The notes under the pieces: generated by a model
Told to the model about the DNA's origin: nothing
Database searches by the model: none
What the model saw: the letters and a program-made list of their open reading frames with translations, nothing else
Made by a program: the position numbers and the translations under genes
Assembly: GCA_963781885.1 (NCBI GenBank)
Contig: CAWAHW010000002.1
Span: 224,001-288,000 of the forward strand
DNA: 64,000 bases
Direction of reading: 5' to 3'
DNA from: an uncultured Spirochaetota bacterium
Lineage (GTDB): Bacteria; Spirochaetota; Spirochaetia; SZUA-6; Fen-1364
Part shown: piece after piece, positions 18,450 through 28,917 of the stretch
How positions within the stretch are numbered: position 1 is the first letter of the stretch
Layout: each line of letters starts with the position of its first letter

Positions 18450-19368
18450 GACCATCGTCACCGTGAAGGGGCTGTCGAAGCGTTATGGCAGCACCATCGC
18501 GGTCAAGGACATCAGCTTCGACGTCCAGCGCGGGGAAATATTCGCCTTGCTGGGGCCGAACGGCTCGGGCAAGACGAGCACTCTGGAGAGCCTGGAGGGG
18601 ATCCGTCATCCCGACGGGGGAAAGCTTTCCATCGCGGGCATCGACCCCGTGCGGCAGCCCGCGCGCCTTCGCAACGTCATCGGCGTGCAGCTCCAGACCT
18701 CGGCGCTCCCGCCGGCCATGACGGTGGAGGAGGCGCTCCTTTTCTTCAGCAGCTACCACGGGGTGGCCGCGCGCTACGACCTGATCGAGAGGTTGGGGCT
18801 GTCGGAGAAAAGACGCCTGCAATACGGGAAGCTTTCCGTCGGTCAGCAGCGACGCCTGGCGCTTGCCATCGCCATCGCCCACGATCCGACGGTGGTCTTC
18901 CTCGATGAGCCCACGGCGGGTCTCGACGTGCAGTCCCGCACGGACCTGCACAGTCTGGCGCGCGAGCTGCGGGAGAAAGGTGCCACCGTGATCCTTGCGA
19001 CACACGACATGGCGGAAGCGGAAAAGCTCGCCGATCGGGCGGCCATACTCGTGCGCGGGGAGATCGTCGCCCTGGGAAGCCCGCGCCAGCTCACCGCGGC
19101 CGGCGACAGGAGGACGCGCATCTCCGTGTCCACGGAGCTCGGGAAGCTCGCCGCGGAGAATGTCACTTTCCCTTTCGCCCTGCTCCACGCCCGTGAAAAC
19201 GGCTACAGCACGTACCTCTCGGAGGATCCCGGCAAGTCCGTGAGCGCGATCCTCTCGTGGATCGAGAAGTCGGGCGATGCCCTCATCGACCTGCGTGTCG
19301 AAAGACCCACGCTGGAGGAAAGATTCCTGGAGATCACCCAGGAGCCCAGACAAGGAGCCACACGATGA
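18442..19368 (+). CDS. ABC efflux ATP-binding protein
   Basis: GPNGSGKT, LSVGQ and LDEPT motifs; AGGAG SD. Confidence 0.93.
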   Translation: MTETIVTVKGLSKRYGSTIAVKDISFDVQRGEIFALLGPNGSGKTSTLESLEGIRHPDGGKLSIAGIDPVRQPARLRNVIGVQLQTSALPPAMTVEEALLFFSSYHGVAARYDLIERLGLSEKRRLQYGKLSVGQQRRLALAIAIAHDPTVVFLDEPTAGLDVQSRTDLHSLARELREKGATVILATHDMAEAEKLADRAAILVRGEIVALGSPRQLTAAGDRRTRISVSTELGKLAAENVTFPFALLHARENGYSTYLSEDPGKSVSAILSWIEKSGDALIDLRVERPTLEERFLEITQEPRQGATR

Positions 19369-20174
19369 ACGCATTCGCCCACCATCTTGCCTACGATTTT
19401 CGGACGGGCATTCGGGACAGGTCCAAGCTCGCGATGTACTACCTCTTCCCGCTGGTGTTTTTCGCGCTGGTCGGCGGGCTCATGGCGTCGCTTAACCCCG
19501 GGTTCAAGCAGACGATGCTCCCCGCCATGTCGCTTTTCGCCTACATGTGCGCGTCGCTCCTCAGCGTGCCGATGCTCCTGGTGAACGCGCGCGAGGCGGG
19601 GGTTTTTCGGAGCTACAGGATAAACGGTGTGCCGGTGGCTTCCATCGTCTCCATCCCCGTCATCAGCACCGCCGTGCACATGGCGCTGGTGACCATCATC
19701 ATCTGTTTTGCCGGCGCGCGGATCTACGGCGGCGTCGTCCCGTCGAACCTGGGGGGGTTCATCGTCGCCTGCGTGCTCTCCTATGCGTCCTTTGCCGGTA
19801 TCGGCACCCTGATAGGCGTTGCGGCGGCGAACAACACCGCGGCCACGCTGATCTGCCAGTTGCTCTACATTCCTTCCATCATCCTTGGCGGCATCACCGT
19901 TCCGTTATCGGTTCTGCCCTCCGGCTTGCAGCGGGTGTCAGCCCTCTTTCCGGCAAGCCATTGCATGAAGCTCTTCGCGGGGCTCGCCATGCCGGGCAGC
20001 CAGGGTGTGCCGTGGGGATCCATGGCGGTCCTCCTGAGCTCGACGCTGATCACATTCGTTCTCTCCGCCGTCCTTTTCTCCTGGGACTCCCGCGCGACGG
20101 CGCCGAGCAAAAAGGCGTGGGCGGCGCTTCTTGCGGTCGCCCCTTTTGCAATCGCGGCGATAGTCGGGTTGTAG
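19365..20174 (+). CDS. ABC-2 type permease
   Basis: Multi-TM protein with RE.G motif; ATGA overlap with the ATPase gene. Confidence 0.88.
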   Translation: MNAFAHHLAYDFRTGIRDRSKLAMYYLFPLVFFALVGGLMASLNPGFKQTMLPAMSLFAYMCASLLSVPMLLVNAREAGVFRSYRINGVPVASIVSIPVISTAVHMALVTIIICFAGARIYGGVVPSNLGGFIVACVLSYASFAGIGTLIGVAAANNTAATLICQLLYIPSIILGGITVPLSVLPSGLQRVSALFPASHCMKLFAGLAMPGSQGVPWGSMAVLLSSTLITFVLSAVLFSWDSRATAPSKKAWAALLAVAPFAIAAIVGL

Positions 20175-20258
20175 AGGTTGCCCGTCGACGGGTTGCGGCA
20201 GCCGGTGTGCAACGATATACTGCGTCAGCCTATGGCATAGAATGACGCAGTACACCGG

Positions 20259-21239
20259 ATGAAAACAGCGATAACGGGTCTCACAGGTCACGTCGGAGTC
20301 ACGCTCGCCCAGGCCCTCCTGGAGCGCGGCCACGACGTCCGCGGGGTCGTCCGGGGAACGGCAGCGGCTCTGGATCACCTCCCGGTCGAATGCGTCACCG
20401 GCGACGTGAGGGACCTCGCGTCTCTCATCGCGGCGTTCACCGGCGTCGAGGTGGTCTTCCACACCGCCGCGCGCATTTCCATCTCGCGCAGCGACATCCG
20501 CGAGACCACGGAGGTCAATGTCGGCGGGACGCGCAACGTCATTGCGGCCTGCCGGAAGGCGGGCGTGCGGCGCCTCGTCCACTTCAGCTCCATCGAGGCG
20601 ATCGATCCTTATCCGCTGGACACGCCGGTGACCGAAGACCGGCCCGCGGTGAACGGCAGTGCGGGCTCGCCCTATGCGCTGTCGAAGGCCATGGCGGAGG
20701 CCGAGGTGAGACGCGCGTGCAGCGAGGGCCTGGACGCGGTGATCCTGAACCCCACCGCCATCATCGGTCCGAACGACACGAAGCCTTCACTCCTGGGCAG
20801 GGCGCTCATGTCGTTCGCCCGGGGCACCATCCCGTTCCTCATCGACGGCGGTTTCAACTGGGTCGACGTGCGGGACGTCGTTCGGTCCGCGGTGGAGGCG
20901 GCGGACCACGGCGCCACGGGCAGCCGCTACATACTCGGCGGCCGCTGGGCATCCATGGCCGAGCTTGCAACGCTTGCCTGCGAAGCCATCGGCCGGCAGC
21001 CGCCGCGCATCACGGTTCCCATGGCCCTCGCGCAGGTCTGGGCGCCGGTCTCCGCCGCCTGGTGCCGCGTCGCCGGGCGCCAGCCGCTGTTCACCGCCTA
21101 TTCGCTGGCCGTCCTGCGCGGCAACCGCAGCGTGGCGCACGATCGCGCCGCGCGCGATCTCGGCCATGCCCCGCGTGATTTGCAGGTCACCGTGCGGGAT
21201 ACCTGCGCCTGGTTTCTTGCGCAGGAAAAGCGCGCCTGA
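20259..21239 (+). CDS. NAD-dependent epimerase/dehydratase (dihydroflavonol reductase/HpnA-like SDR)
   Basis: TGLTGHVG, YALSK and VDVRDV motifs. Confidence 0.88.
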   Translation: MKTAITGLTGHVGVTLAQALLERGHDVRGVVRGTAAALDHLPVECVTGDVRDLASLIAAFTGVEVVFHTAARISISRSDIRETTEVNVGGTRNVIAACRKAGVRRLVHFSSIEAIDPYPLDTPVTEDRPAVNGSAGSPYALSKAMAEAEVRRACSEGLDAVILNPTAIIGPNDTKPSLLGRALMSFARGTIPFLIDGGFNWVDVRDVVRSAVEAADHGATGSRYILGGRWASMAELATLACEAIGRQPPRITVPMALAQVWAPVSAAWCRVAGRQPLFTAYSLAVLRGNRSVAHDRAARDLGHAPRDLQVTVRDTCAWFLAQEKRA

Positions 21240-21299
21240 GCCGCGGGCCGGGCCGGCACTGTTCGGCGCCGTCCGCGCGCGCTATACTCGATCCCGATC

Positions 21300-21575
21300 A
21301 TGCCGGTAGCGAAGCCTGACGTTCTCACCCAGATTTTCGGATTCCTCAGCACCATCGCCCGCTACATCGGCCTGGGCATCGTCCAGCTCGTGCAGTACAT
21401 CCTGCCTTCCGTGAAGGACCTCTCCACGCTTGCCGAGCCGATCGGCTTCCTTGCCCTGCTCACCATCTTCGTCATCCTCACCTCCGCCGCGCGGAAGGTC
21501 GCCCTGATCATCGTCCTGGTCGGCTGGCTGCTCATCCTCATCCGCGTCCTGCTCATGGCCTTCCACCTTGGATAG
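21300..21575 (+). CDS. Small membrane protein (about 3 TM helices)
   Basis: Hydrophobic ORF with host-like codon usage; TATACT -10 box upstream. Confidence 0.75.
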   Translation: MPVAKPDVLTQIFGFLSTIARYIGLGIVQLVQYILPSVKDLSTLAEPIGFLALLTIFVILTSAARKVALIIVLVGWLLILIRVLLMAFHLG

Positions 21576-21585
21576 GGGAACCATC

Positions 21586-22383
21586 ATGCCACGCGAAGGC
21601 GCTTCTGCCGACAGGATGCCCGTTCTCTTCATCGGGCACGGATCGCCGGTGAATATATTGCAAAACAACACGTACACCCGCAGCCTCTCCGTGCTGGCAG
21701 CCGCGATCCCGCGGCCGTCCTCCATCCTCGTCGTATCGGCCCACTGGCTCACCGACGGCACCTGGGTGACGGATGCCGAGCGGCCGCGGCAGATCTACGA
21801 TTTCTACGGTTTCCCCGACGAGCTGTACGCGGTGCGCTACGAGCCAAGGGGCGCGCCGGAAGAAGCTCGGCGCCTCGCGGAGAGCGGCACGCCGCCGCGG
21901 GTCACGCTCGACAATGGGCAGTGGGGACTGGATCATGCCTCGTGGGCGGTGCTCCGCCACATGTATCCCGCCGCGGATATTCCGGTCTGGGAGATGAGCC
22001 TCGACGCGAGGCTCCCCGCCGGCGGTCACCTGGTGGTGGCGCGGTCCCTCGCGGGTCTCCGCGAGCGCGGGGTCCTCATCATCGGGAGCGGCAACATCGT
22101 CCACAACCTGCGCCTCGTCGATTTCCGCGACGACGCGGCCGCGTTCCCCTGGGCGGTGGAGGCGGATGAATGGATCGGGGCCCGCATCGAGTCCCGCGAC
22201 CTGCCGGCGCTCGCCTCCTATGAGAGCGCGGGGCCCGCCGTCCGCAAGGCCGTGCCGACAAACGACCACTACCTGCCCATGCTCTACGCGCTGGGGCTCG
22301 CGGGCGGGGAAGAGCCCCTGACCTTCACGCACGTGGGGATGCAGAACGGCTCGATTTCCATGCGCTGCTTCCGCGTCGGCTAG
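21586..22383 (+). CDS. ygiD: 4,5-DOPA-type extradiol dioxygenase (LigB/YgiD family)
   Basis: FIGHGSP, SAHW, YDFYGFP, GLDH, GSGNIVHNL and DHYLP. Confidence 0.9.
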   Translation: MPREGASADRMPVLFIGHGSPVNILQNNTYTRSLSVLAAAIPRPSSILVVSAHWLTDGTWVTDAERPRQIYDFYGFPDELYAVRYEPRGAPEEARRLAESGTPPRVTLDNGQWGLDHASWAVLRHMYPAADIPVWEMSLDARLPAGGHLVVARSLAGLRERGVLIIGSGNIVHNLRLVDFRDDAAAFPWAVEADEWIGARIESRDLPALASYESAGPAVRKAVPTNDHYLPMLYALGLAGGEEPLTFTHVGMQNGSISMRCFRVG

Positions 22384-22489
22384 CGGCGCTCGGAAACCGC
22401 GGCGTATTCTGTTGACCGCTCAATGAGCGTTGTAGTACTTTCCTACCGACACACGTTCGCGTGCCCATACAACCTGAAAGGAGCACTGC

Positions 22490-23089
22490 ATGGCAGTCCT
22501 CGTGGGGAAACCCGCACCCGACTTCACGGCAACGGCAGTTCTGGGAAACAACGAAATCAAGGAAATCACCCTCTCGGCTTTCACCAAGGGAAAATACACG
22601 GTCCTCTTCTTCTATCCCTTCGACTTTACCTTCGTGTGTCCCACGGAGCTCATCGCCTTCGATCATCGCCTCGACGAGTTCAAGAAGCGCAACGTGGAGG
22701 TGATCGCGGTCTCCATCGATTCGGAGCATACGCATTTGGCGTGGAAGAATACGCCGGTGGAGAAGGGCGGCATCGGCCCCGTGCACTACCCGATCGTCGC
22801 GGACATCCGGCACCTGCTCGCCCGCGCCTATGACGTGGAGTCAGCCGGCGGCGGCGCCTTCCGCGGCTCGTTCCTCATCGACAAGGGCGGCATCGTCCGT
22901 CACCAGGTGGTGAATGACCTGCCGCTGGGCCGCAACATCGACGAGATGCTGCGCATGGTGGACGCGCTGCAGTTCAACGAGGAGCACGGCGAGGTCTGCC
23001 CCGCGGGATGGACGAAGGGCAAGGCGGGCATGAAGGACAACGCCCAGGGCGTCGCGACGTACCTCGCATCGCACGCGAAAGAGCTGTAG
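22490..23089 (+). CDS. ahpC: 2-Cys peroxiredoxin (AhpC/TsaA)
   Basis: DFTFVCPTE and EVCPAGW motifs. Confidence 0.95.
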   Translation: MAVLVGKPAPDFTATAVLGNNEIKEITLSAFTKGKYTVLFFYPFDFTFVCPTELIAFDHRLDEFKKRNVEVIAVSIDSEHTHLAWKNTPVEKGGIGPVHYPIVADIRHLLARAYDVESAGGGAFRGSFLIDKGGIVRHQVVNDLPLGRNIDEMLRMVDALQFNEEHGEVCPAGWTKGKAGMKDNAQGVATYLASHAKEL

Positions 23090-23143
23090 GATTCGATTCC
23101 GGGGGCATCACGGGAAGTCCCCCTCGCTCTTGCAGGAGGCAAC

Positions 23144-23863
23144 GTGTCTGATCCAGGCTGCCCGACGTACCTGATCGCCGGCGGCAGGGGAAGGGAACGT
23201 CTACGCGGTCCCGATCCCCTTGCCCAGGAGTTCATCCGTCGCACCGGGCTGCGCCGCCCGCGCGTCGCGTACATCGGGGCCGCGTCGGGCGACAACCCGG
23301 CCTTCCGCCTCCTCATCGGCGGCATCCTGAAAAAGGCGGGCGCCGGCACCGTGTCGCTCGCACCGCTCTGCGGCAAACGGGGAAGCGCGGCTGCCGCGCA
23401 GGAGGTGCTCGCCGCGGCGGACATCGTTTTCGTATCCGGCGGCGACGTGGAGGAGGGCATGAAGGTGCTCGAGGAGAAGGGAATCGTGCCTTTTCTCCGC
23501 CAGCTCCACGCGGCGGGCAAACCCTTCTTCGGCATCTCCGCGGGAAGCATCATGCTGGCGCGCGCCTGGGTGCGCTGGACCGACCCGGGGGACGACGCCA
23601 CCGCGGAGCTTTTCCCCTGCCTGGGATTCGCGCCGGTGATCTGCGACACGCACGGGGAGGCCGACGACTGGACCGAGCTGAAGGCGGCCCTTGCGCTCAA
23701 GCCCGTCGGAGCGGTCGGCTACGGCATCGTGTCGGGGACGGCGCTGGTCGTGGAAAAGGACGGCTCCCTCGGCGCGCGGGGCGGCGAGGTGCACGTATTC
23801 AAGAGGAGGAAGACGGGCGTCGCGCAGCTGCCGAGTCTCGTCCCTCCAGGAGGCAAGGAATGA
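23144..23863 (+). CDS. Peptidase S51 family (dipeptidase E/cyanophycinase-like, class I GAT fold)
   Basis: FVSGGD and GISAG nucleophile elbow; GGAGG SD before a GTG start. Confidence 0.8.
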   Translation: MSDPGCPTYLIAGGRGRERLRGPDPLAQEFIRRTGLRRPRVAYIGAASGDNPAFRLLIGGILKKAGAGTVSLAPLCGKRGSAAAAQEVLAAADIVFVSGGDVEEGMKVLEEKGIVPFLRQLHAAGKPFFGISAGSIMLARAWVRWTDPGDDATAELFPCLGFAPVICDTHGEADDWTELKAALALKPVGAVGYGIVSGTALVVEKDGSLGARGGEVHVFKRRKTGVAQLPSLVPPGGKE

Positions 23864-24741
23864 CGCTTCGTGAGGCGCTTGCAGGAAAAGGCATCATCCT
23901 TCTGGACGGCGCGACAGGCACCCAGCTCTCCGCGCGGGGTCATTCCCCGGGAGGCACGCAGAATCTCCTCCATCCCGACGACGTGCGCGCCGTGCACGAA
24001 AGCTACCTCGCCGCCGGGTCGCGCGCGATCACGACGAACACGCTCACCGACAACCGCATCTTCCTCGAGTCGCACGGGCAGGCCGCCGCCGTCGCCGAGG
24101 TCAACCAGGCAGGCGCTGCGCTCGCGCGCGCGGCAGTGAATGCCCGCGGCCCCGGCGCTTTCGTCCTTGGAGACCTGAGCTCCACGGGCCAGCTCCTGGA
24201 GCCTTACGGCGATGCCACCGAAGCGCAGTTCGTCGCCGCCTTCGCGGAGCAGGCAGGGATTCTCGCTGCTGCCGGCGTGGACGGCTTTCTCATCGAGACG
24301 GTCATGGACCTGCGGGAGGCGGTCTGCGCCGTGCGCGGGTGCCGCGAAGCCTCCACCCTGCCCATTCTTGTGACGATGTCGTTCCAGAATCTCAAGGATG
24401 GCGGCAGGACCGCCATGGGAAGCCGGGCAGCCGACTGCGGGGAAACGCTTGCCCGCGAAGGCGCCGCCGCCGTGGGCGCCAACTGCGGAGACCTCGATCC
24501 CCTCGACACCGCGGAGATCGTCACGGTGCTGCGGGGGGCCTGCGGTTTGCCGCTGATCGCTCAGCCCAATGCGGGGAAGCCCCGGCTCGTGAACGATGCG
24601 GCGGTCTTCGACATGGAGCCGGCGCGATTCGCGGACGGGCTTGCACTCTGCATCCAGCGCGGCGCACGGCTTGTCGGCGGCTGCTGTGGGACGACCCCGG
24701 CCCACATCGCGGCCCTTGCGCGCCTGATCGCGACGAGCTGA
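23860..24741 (+). CDS. Homocysteine S-methyltransferase family protein (stand-alone MetH N-terminal domain)
   Basis: LDGATGT, GANC, PNAG.P and GGCCGTTP motifs. Confidence 0.9.
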   Translation: MTLREALAGKGIILLDGATGTQLSARGHSPGGTQNLLHPDDVRAVHESYLAAGSRAITTNTLTDNRIFLESHGQAAAVAEVNQAGAALARAAVNARGPGAFVLGDLSSTGQLLEPYGDATEAQFVAAFAEQAGILAAAGVDGFLIETVMDLREAVCAVRGCREASTLPILVTMSFQNLKDGGRTAMGSRAADCGETLAREGAAAVGANCGDLDPLDTAEIVTVLRGACGLPLIAQPNAGKPRLVNDAAVFDMEPARFADGLALCIQRGARLVGGCCGTTPAHIAALARLIATS

Positions 24742-24832
24742 TCGCCCGTCCGCGCCCTGTCCCTCCGGCACCCCCATGACCCGGCGCGGGAGAATTCCGT
24801 ATCTTATCCGCATGTGCTGAGGGGGCAACGCA

Positions 24833-25807
24833 ATGGAATATCGTCGATTGGGAAGCGCCGGCCTGAAGGTGAGCGCGCTGTCCTACGGATCGTGGGTCAC
24901 CTACGGCAAGCAGCTCGATCCCGATGCGGCCGGTGCCTGCATGAAGGAGGCATGGGATCGCGGGGTGAACTTTTTCGACAACGCGGAGGCCTACGAGGCG
25001 GGAAGATCGGAAGAGATCATGGGCACCGTCCTGCGGAAGATGGGGTGGCGGCGCGCAAGTTACGTCGTGTCGACGAAGATCTTCTTCGGCATGCACGACG
25101 GGATAAACGAAAAGGACACCCTCAACCGCAAGAAGCTGCGGGAGGGCATTGACGGCGCGCTGAAGCGCTTCGGCCTTGATTACGTCGACCTCGTGTTCTG
25201 CCACCGCCCGGACCCTGAGACGCCGATCGAGGAAACCGTGTGGTCGATGCACATGATGGTGCAGTCCGGCAAGGCGCTCTACTGGGGTACCTCCGAATGG
25301 AGCGCCGACCAGCTTCGCGAGGCATGGGGCATCGCGGAGAAGCATCACCTCCACAAGCCGCAGATGGAGCAGCCGCAGTACAATCTTTTCACGCGTCGCC
25401 GGGTGGAGAAAGAATATGCACGGCTGTACGACGGCATCGGCCTGGGCCTCACGACATACAGCCCGCTCGCGGCGGGCATCCTGACCGGCAAGTACGCCTC
25501 CGGCATCCCGAAGGATTCCCGCCTGGCGCTGCCCGGCATGGAGTGGCTTGCAAAGGCCGTCACCCCGGCGCGCACCGAGGCGGTCAAGCGCCTGGAGCCT
25601 ATCGCCCGGGAGCTGGGCGCGACAACCGCGCAGCTTGCCCTTGCCTGGTGCGCGCACAACCCGCATGTGAGTACGGTGATCACGGGCGCCTCTCGACCCG
25701 CGCAGGTCGTGGAGAATCTCAAGGCGCTCGACGTCCTGCCAAAGCTTACCCCCGAGGTTCTTGCGAAGATCGACGAGGCGGCCTCAGGGGCAAGCGACCT
25801 CGGATAG
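24833..25807 (+). CDS. Aldo/keto reductase (Kv-beta type)
   Basis: GSWVT, FDNAEAY, YWGTSEW and MEQPQYN. Confidence 0.92.
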   Translation: MEYRRLGSAGLKVSALSYGSWVTYGKQLDPDAAGACMKEAWDRGVNFFDNAEAYEAGRSEEIMGTVLRKMGWRRASYVVSTKIFFGMHDGINEKDTLNRKKLREGIDGALKRFGLDYVDLVFCHRPDPETPIEETVWSMHMMVQSGKALYWGTSEWSADQLREAWGIAEKHHLHKPQMEQPQYNLFTRRRVEKEYARLYDGIGLGLTTYSPLAAGILTGKYASGIPKDSRLALPGMEWLAKAVTPARTEAVKRLEPIARELGATTAQLALAWCAHNPHVSTVITGASRPAQVVENLKALDVLPKLTPEVLAKIDEAASGASDLG

Positions 25808-25864
25808 CGCTGCCGCTGATGCCACGGCACGCTGGTATCAGCGGCCGCCATTTCGCGGCAGCGC
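25807..25864. terminator. Long hairpin between convergent genes
   Basis: GCCGCTGATGCCA (25812-25824) pairs with TGGTATCAGCGGC (25833-25845); alternative pairing of 25807-25816 with 25855-25864. Confidence 0.5.
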
Positions 25865-25874
25865 AGCCGACCCG

Positions 25875-27005
25875 CTACAGCCAGCGGTCGAACCAGGCGA
25901 ATGCGTCAGCCTGCATCGGCCTGTCGAACTTGTGCGGCCCGGGATAGAACATCCCGCGATAGCATTCCGGCGCGCCCATGGCTGCGTAGATGCGTGACAG
26001 CTTGTCGCTCGCCTTTTCCTGGCCGGCCAGCGTCCACAGCGGGTCCTCGCGGTCGCCCTGCACCATGAGCGGGGCGGGGCCGTGGAGTGACGCCACGTCG
26101 GGAAGGTCCATCAAGCCGGGCAGGTGCGGCACGTGGAGCATCCACGTATGCCACCGCACCACGTCGGGCAGCATCTCCTCGAATGTCGACATGAATCCGA
26201 CGCACACCGCGCAGCGGATGCGGGCATCCAGCGCCGCGAGGAAGATCGTGCGCAGGCCGCCGCCGGAGAGTCCGCCGCAGCCCACGCGCCGCGGATCCAC
26301 GTCGGACCGCGTGAGCAGGTAGTCCACCGCGCGCCTGTCCTCCCACGCCATGACGCCGGGCCACGTCGTCCCCGCGAGGAAGAGCGTCTTCGTGATGAAC
26401 GTTTCATAGCTGCCCACGAAATCGTTGTATGCCTCGATGTACTCCCTGCTTCCCGGTCTTTCCATCTCCAGCTTCTGCACGTACTGCTCCGGCACGGTGC
26501 TTTCCGCGAGCCGGCGCGAGCCCCAGAGAAAGACATCCGGTGCAAGAACGACATAGCCGCGGCGCGCAAGCTCGTTCGCCCAGGAGAGCCCTCCATACGT
26601 CCGCGCCTTGAACTCCACCATGAGGGGAGGCTCGTCGCGCATCTCCACGAGCTTCTCTTTGCCGTGGTAGTAGAAGGCACTGTGGTCGTGCAGGGCGATG
26701 ACGGCCGGCAGGCCTTCGCTGCGGCCCGCGGGGCGGACAAGGAAAGCCTCGGTGCGCGGGCCGAACGGCTGTGCCCATGACACGAGCTCCGTGACGAGGC
26801 CGTCGCGCTCGTCCACGATGCGCGACTGGGCGGCAAGAGGCGTGGCCGGCGGATCGTAACCAAGGAGCTCGTGAATCCTGCCGCGCGCCCGCATTTTCCA
26901 CGTCTCGACGTCATTCCACTTTCCGTCCAGGAAGGAAAGGTTCCGGGGCGACCGGCTTTCGCACCAGGAGGCCAGGGACTGGTAGTTGCCGAGCAGCGCT
27001 TTCAT
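25875..27005 (-). CDS. Alpha/beta hydrolase (dienelactone hydrolase/esterase-like)
   Basis: GLSGG nucleophile elbow, DPL Asp and GPHKF His. Confidence 0.85.
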   Translation of the reverse strand: MKALLGNYQSLASWCESRSPRNLSFLDGKWNDVETWKMRARGRIHELLGYDPPATPLAAQSRIVDERDGLVTELVSWAQPFGPRTEAFLVRPAGRSEGLPAVIALHDHSAFYYHGKEKLVEMRDEPPLMVEFKARTYGGLSWANELARRGYVVLAPDVFLWGSRRLAESTVPEQYVQKLEMERPGSREYIEAYNDFVGSYETFITKTLFLAGTTWPGVMAWEDRRAVDYLLTRSDVDPRRVGCGGLSGGGLRTIFLAALDARIRCAVCVGFMSTFEEMLPDVVRWHTWMLHVPHLPGLMDLPDVASLHGPAPLMVQGDREDPLWTLAGQEKASDKLSRIYAAMGAPECYRGMFYPGPHKFDRPMQADAFAWFDRWL

Positions 27006-27087
27006 GACGGCATTCTACCAGAGCCGGCGCCGGGGACGAAGTCTGTCAAAGGGGAAAATGGCATGATCAGCTTCTTCGGCAATGAGC

Positions 27088-28917
27088 CTACGGAGCGCCG
27101 TTTTTCGCCCCCCGGTCGGATGCCGGCAGGGACGCGGAGGACGCGGGCGCCGCGGGGCCCATCCAGCCCTCGATCTCGTGGGCGACGTTGGAGGGCAGCG
27201 TGCTGCGGGAGCCGCGTCTGAGGGCGGCGCGCACGGTCTCCGCGTCCAGGCCGGCCGCCCGGGCGCGGGCCAGCGACGCCCGTGTGATGCGGAACAGCAC
27301 GCCTACCTCACGGCCGATCCTTTCGCAGAACCTGCCCAGCTCCGCCTCCGCGGCCGGCGACCGTGAGAGAAACACCACCTCGTAGTTGGGCTGCACGATA
27401 AGCTCAGGGAGGCGGGGCGCAGGCTCGGGGCTCTCGGGCAGGCCGTCACGCGGCAGGCCGATGAGACCGCGTCCGACGTCGGTCATGCGGAAAGCGGGCC
27501 TGCCCTCCGTGTCGAGCCCCGCCTCTGCGCCGCCCAGCGACAGGAGGCACCTGCCGAGGAAGATGCCGAGAAACGATTTCCAAAGCTCCTCCAGCGCCTC
27601 CTCGGTTGCAAGAGCCGGCGCGACCCGGTCGGGCTCTGCCCCGACGTGCGGCATGCCTCCCGCCGGGAGGCTGGCCGTGCCGAGAGGGGAGCCGATGGCC
27701 GCCTGGTATTCGGCAAAATCGGAGAAACGGATATAGGTCGTCACGGGGACGAATGAAAAGGCCTGCTCGAGCCAGGGACGTATCTCCTCCTGGGCCTCCC
27801 CCGCGGTTGTCCACTCCTCGTCCAGCAGGGCAAAGACGCGCGACGCGCGGCCCGCGCCGCCGGCGAGCGCGGTGAGGACGGCGTCTCGGCGCGCCGCAAG
27901 CGGCTTGCCCAGCCATTGCTGCGCCTGCGGTCCGGGGGCGAGGGGAGCCGCGCCTCCCGCCGCGTCCGCGGGCGCCAGGAGTCCGACGATGCGCAGGGCC
28001 TGGAGCGCAAGCCCGATCCGTCCCTCCAGGGACAGCTCCGTGACCCCCTCCAGCCAGTCGGGCACGGTGAGGAGCATGTCGCCTGCCGACTCGACGAAAC
28101 GTGCAAACGGCTTGTCGTCGCCGCGCCGCAGCGGGATGGGCTCCACAAGCGCGCACATCAGGAGGCTCGTCATGTCCTCCACGAGGAAGGGGTGACGGAA
28201 GACGTCGGTGACCTTCACCGGCTCGGGCGCGAGCACCACGGAGAGCCTACGCAGCCGCCGCGCCGCGGCGGGCCATACGCCGATGAGCGGCTCCAGGTCC
28301 GTGCGGCGAAGCCCGAGGAAGAACACCGCGCGCTGCACGCCGTAGCGTGCGCCGGCGCAGAGGTCCTCCCGGGGGACGCCGGGGAAGTATTCCTCCAGGT
28401 CGCGGACCGGGATGCGGTCCCTCTGCTCGGTGAAGAAGGCGAGCATCGCGCGGGCGGCGGCGCCCTCTGCCGCGTCGGCGTCGCGCGTCGCGCGCGAGAG
28501 GGCCGCCTGGAGCCATTCCATCGACGAGACGAATCCCGCCACGCGCGGGAGGTCGTTCGGCAGCAGCGCCATCGACTCGTGGAGCTGCGACCTCTCCTGC
28601 GACGTGTAGTGCTCGCCGAGATAGGAGCACAGCGCGGCAAGGCCGGGAAGCTCGAACAGCGGGCATCGCTCGAGGGACTTCAGGACGTGGTGGAACGGGG
28701 CGTGCTCATCGGGGACGACCCGGTAGCCCGGGCGGTCGGCCACCGCGAGCAGGCCGCTGTCCAGGAGCTCGTCGTCGGAGGCATCGCCGCGCGCCGCTTC
28801 GATGACGAGACCCGGCGCGCACCCGGAAAGAAAGGCCCGGCGGGCCGGTATCGATATCTCGCCCCAGAGGGAAAGCTCGTCGAGGAAAGCGCCCCAGTCC
28901 GCGGGGAACAGCCTCAT
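27088..28917 (-). CDS. XPB-associated protein with C-terminal helicase-associated (Helicase_C_3-like) domain
   Basis: C-terminal LIVQPNYEV...FRITRASL.RA...LPSNV pattern; ATGA overlap with XPB. Confidence 0.75.
   Translation of the reverse strand: MRLFPADWGAFLDELSLWGEISIPARRAFLSGCAPGLVIEAARGDASDDELLDSGLLAVADRPGYRVVPDEHAPFHHVLKSLERCPLFELPGLAALCSYLGEHYTSQERSQLHESMALLPNDLPRVAGFVSSMEWLQAALSRATRDADAAEGAAARAMLAFFTEQRDRIPVRDLEEYFPGVPREDLCAGARYGVQRAVFFLGLRRTDLEPLIGVWPAAARRLRRLSVVLAPEPVKVTDVFRHPFLVEDMTSLLMCALVEPIPLRRGDDKPFARFVESAGDMLLTVPDWLEGVTELSLEGRIGLALQALRIVGLLAPADAAGGAAPLAPGPQAQQWLGKPLAARRDAVLTALAGGAGRASRVFALLDEEWTTAGEAQEEIRPWLEQAFSFVPVTTYIRFSDFAEYQAAIGSPLGTASLPAGGMPHVGAEPDRVAPALATEEALEELWKSFLGIFLGRCLLSLGGAEAGLDTEGRPAFRMTDVGRGLIGLPRDGLPESPEPAPRLPELIVQPNYEVVFLSRSPAAEAELGRFCERIGREVGVLFRITRASLARARAAGLDAETVRAALRRGSRSTLPSNVAHEIEGWMGPAAPASSASLPASDRGAKNGAP

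Noticed and set aside
25819-25838. Third copy of the hairpin repeat (ATGCCACGG)
   Set aside because: Only 9 bp match, and the TA loop and partner arm are absent.
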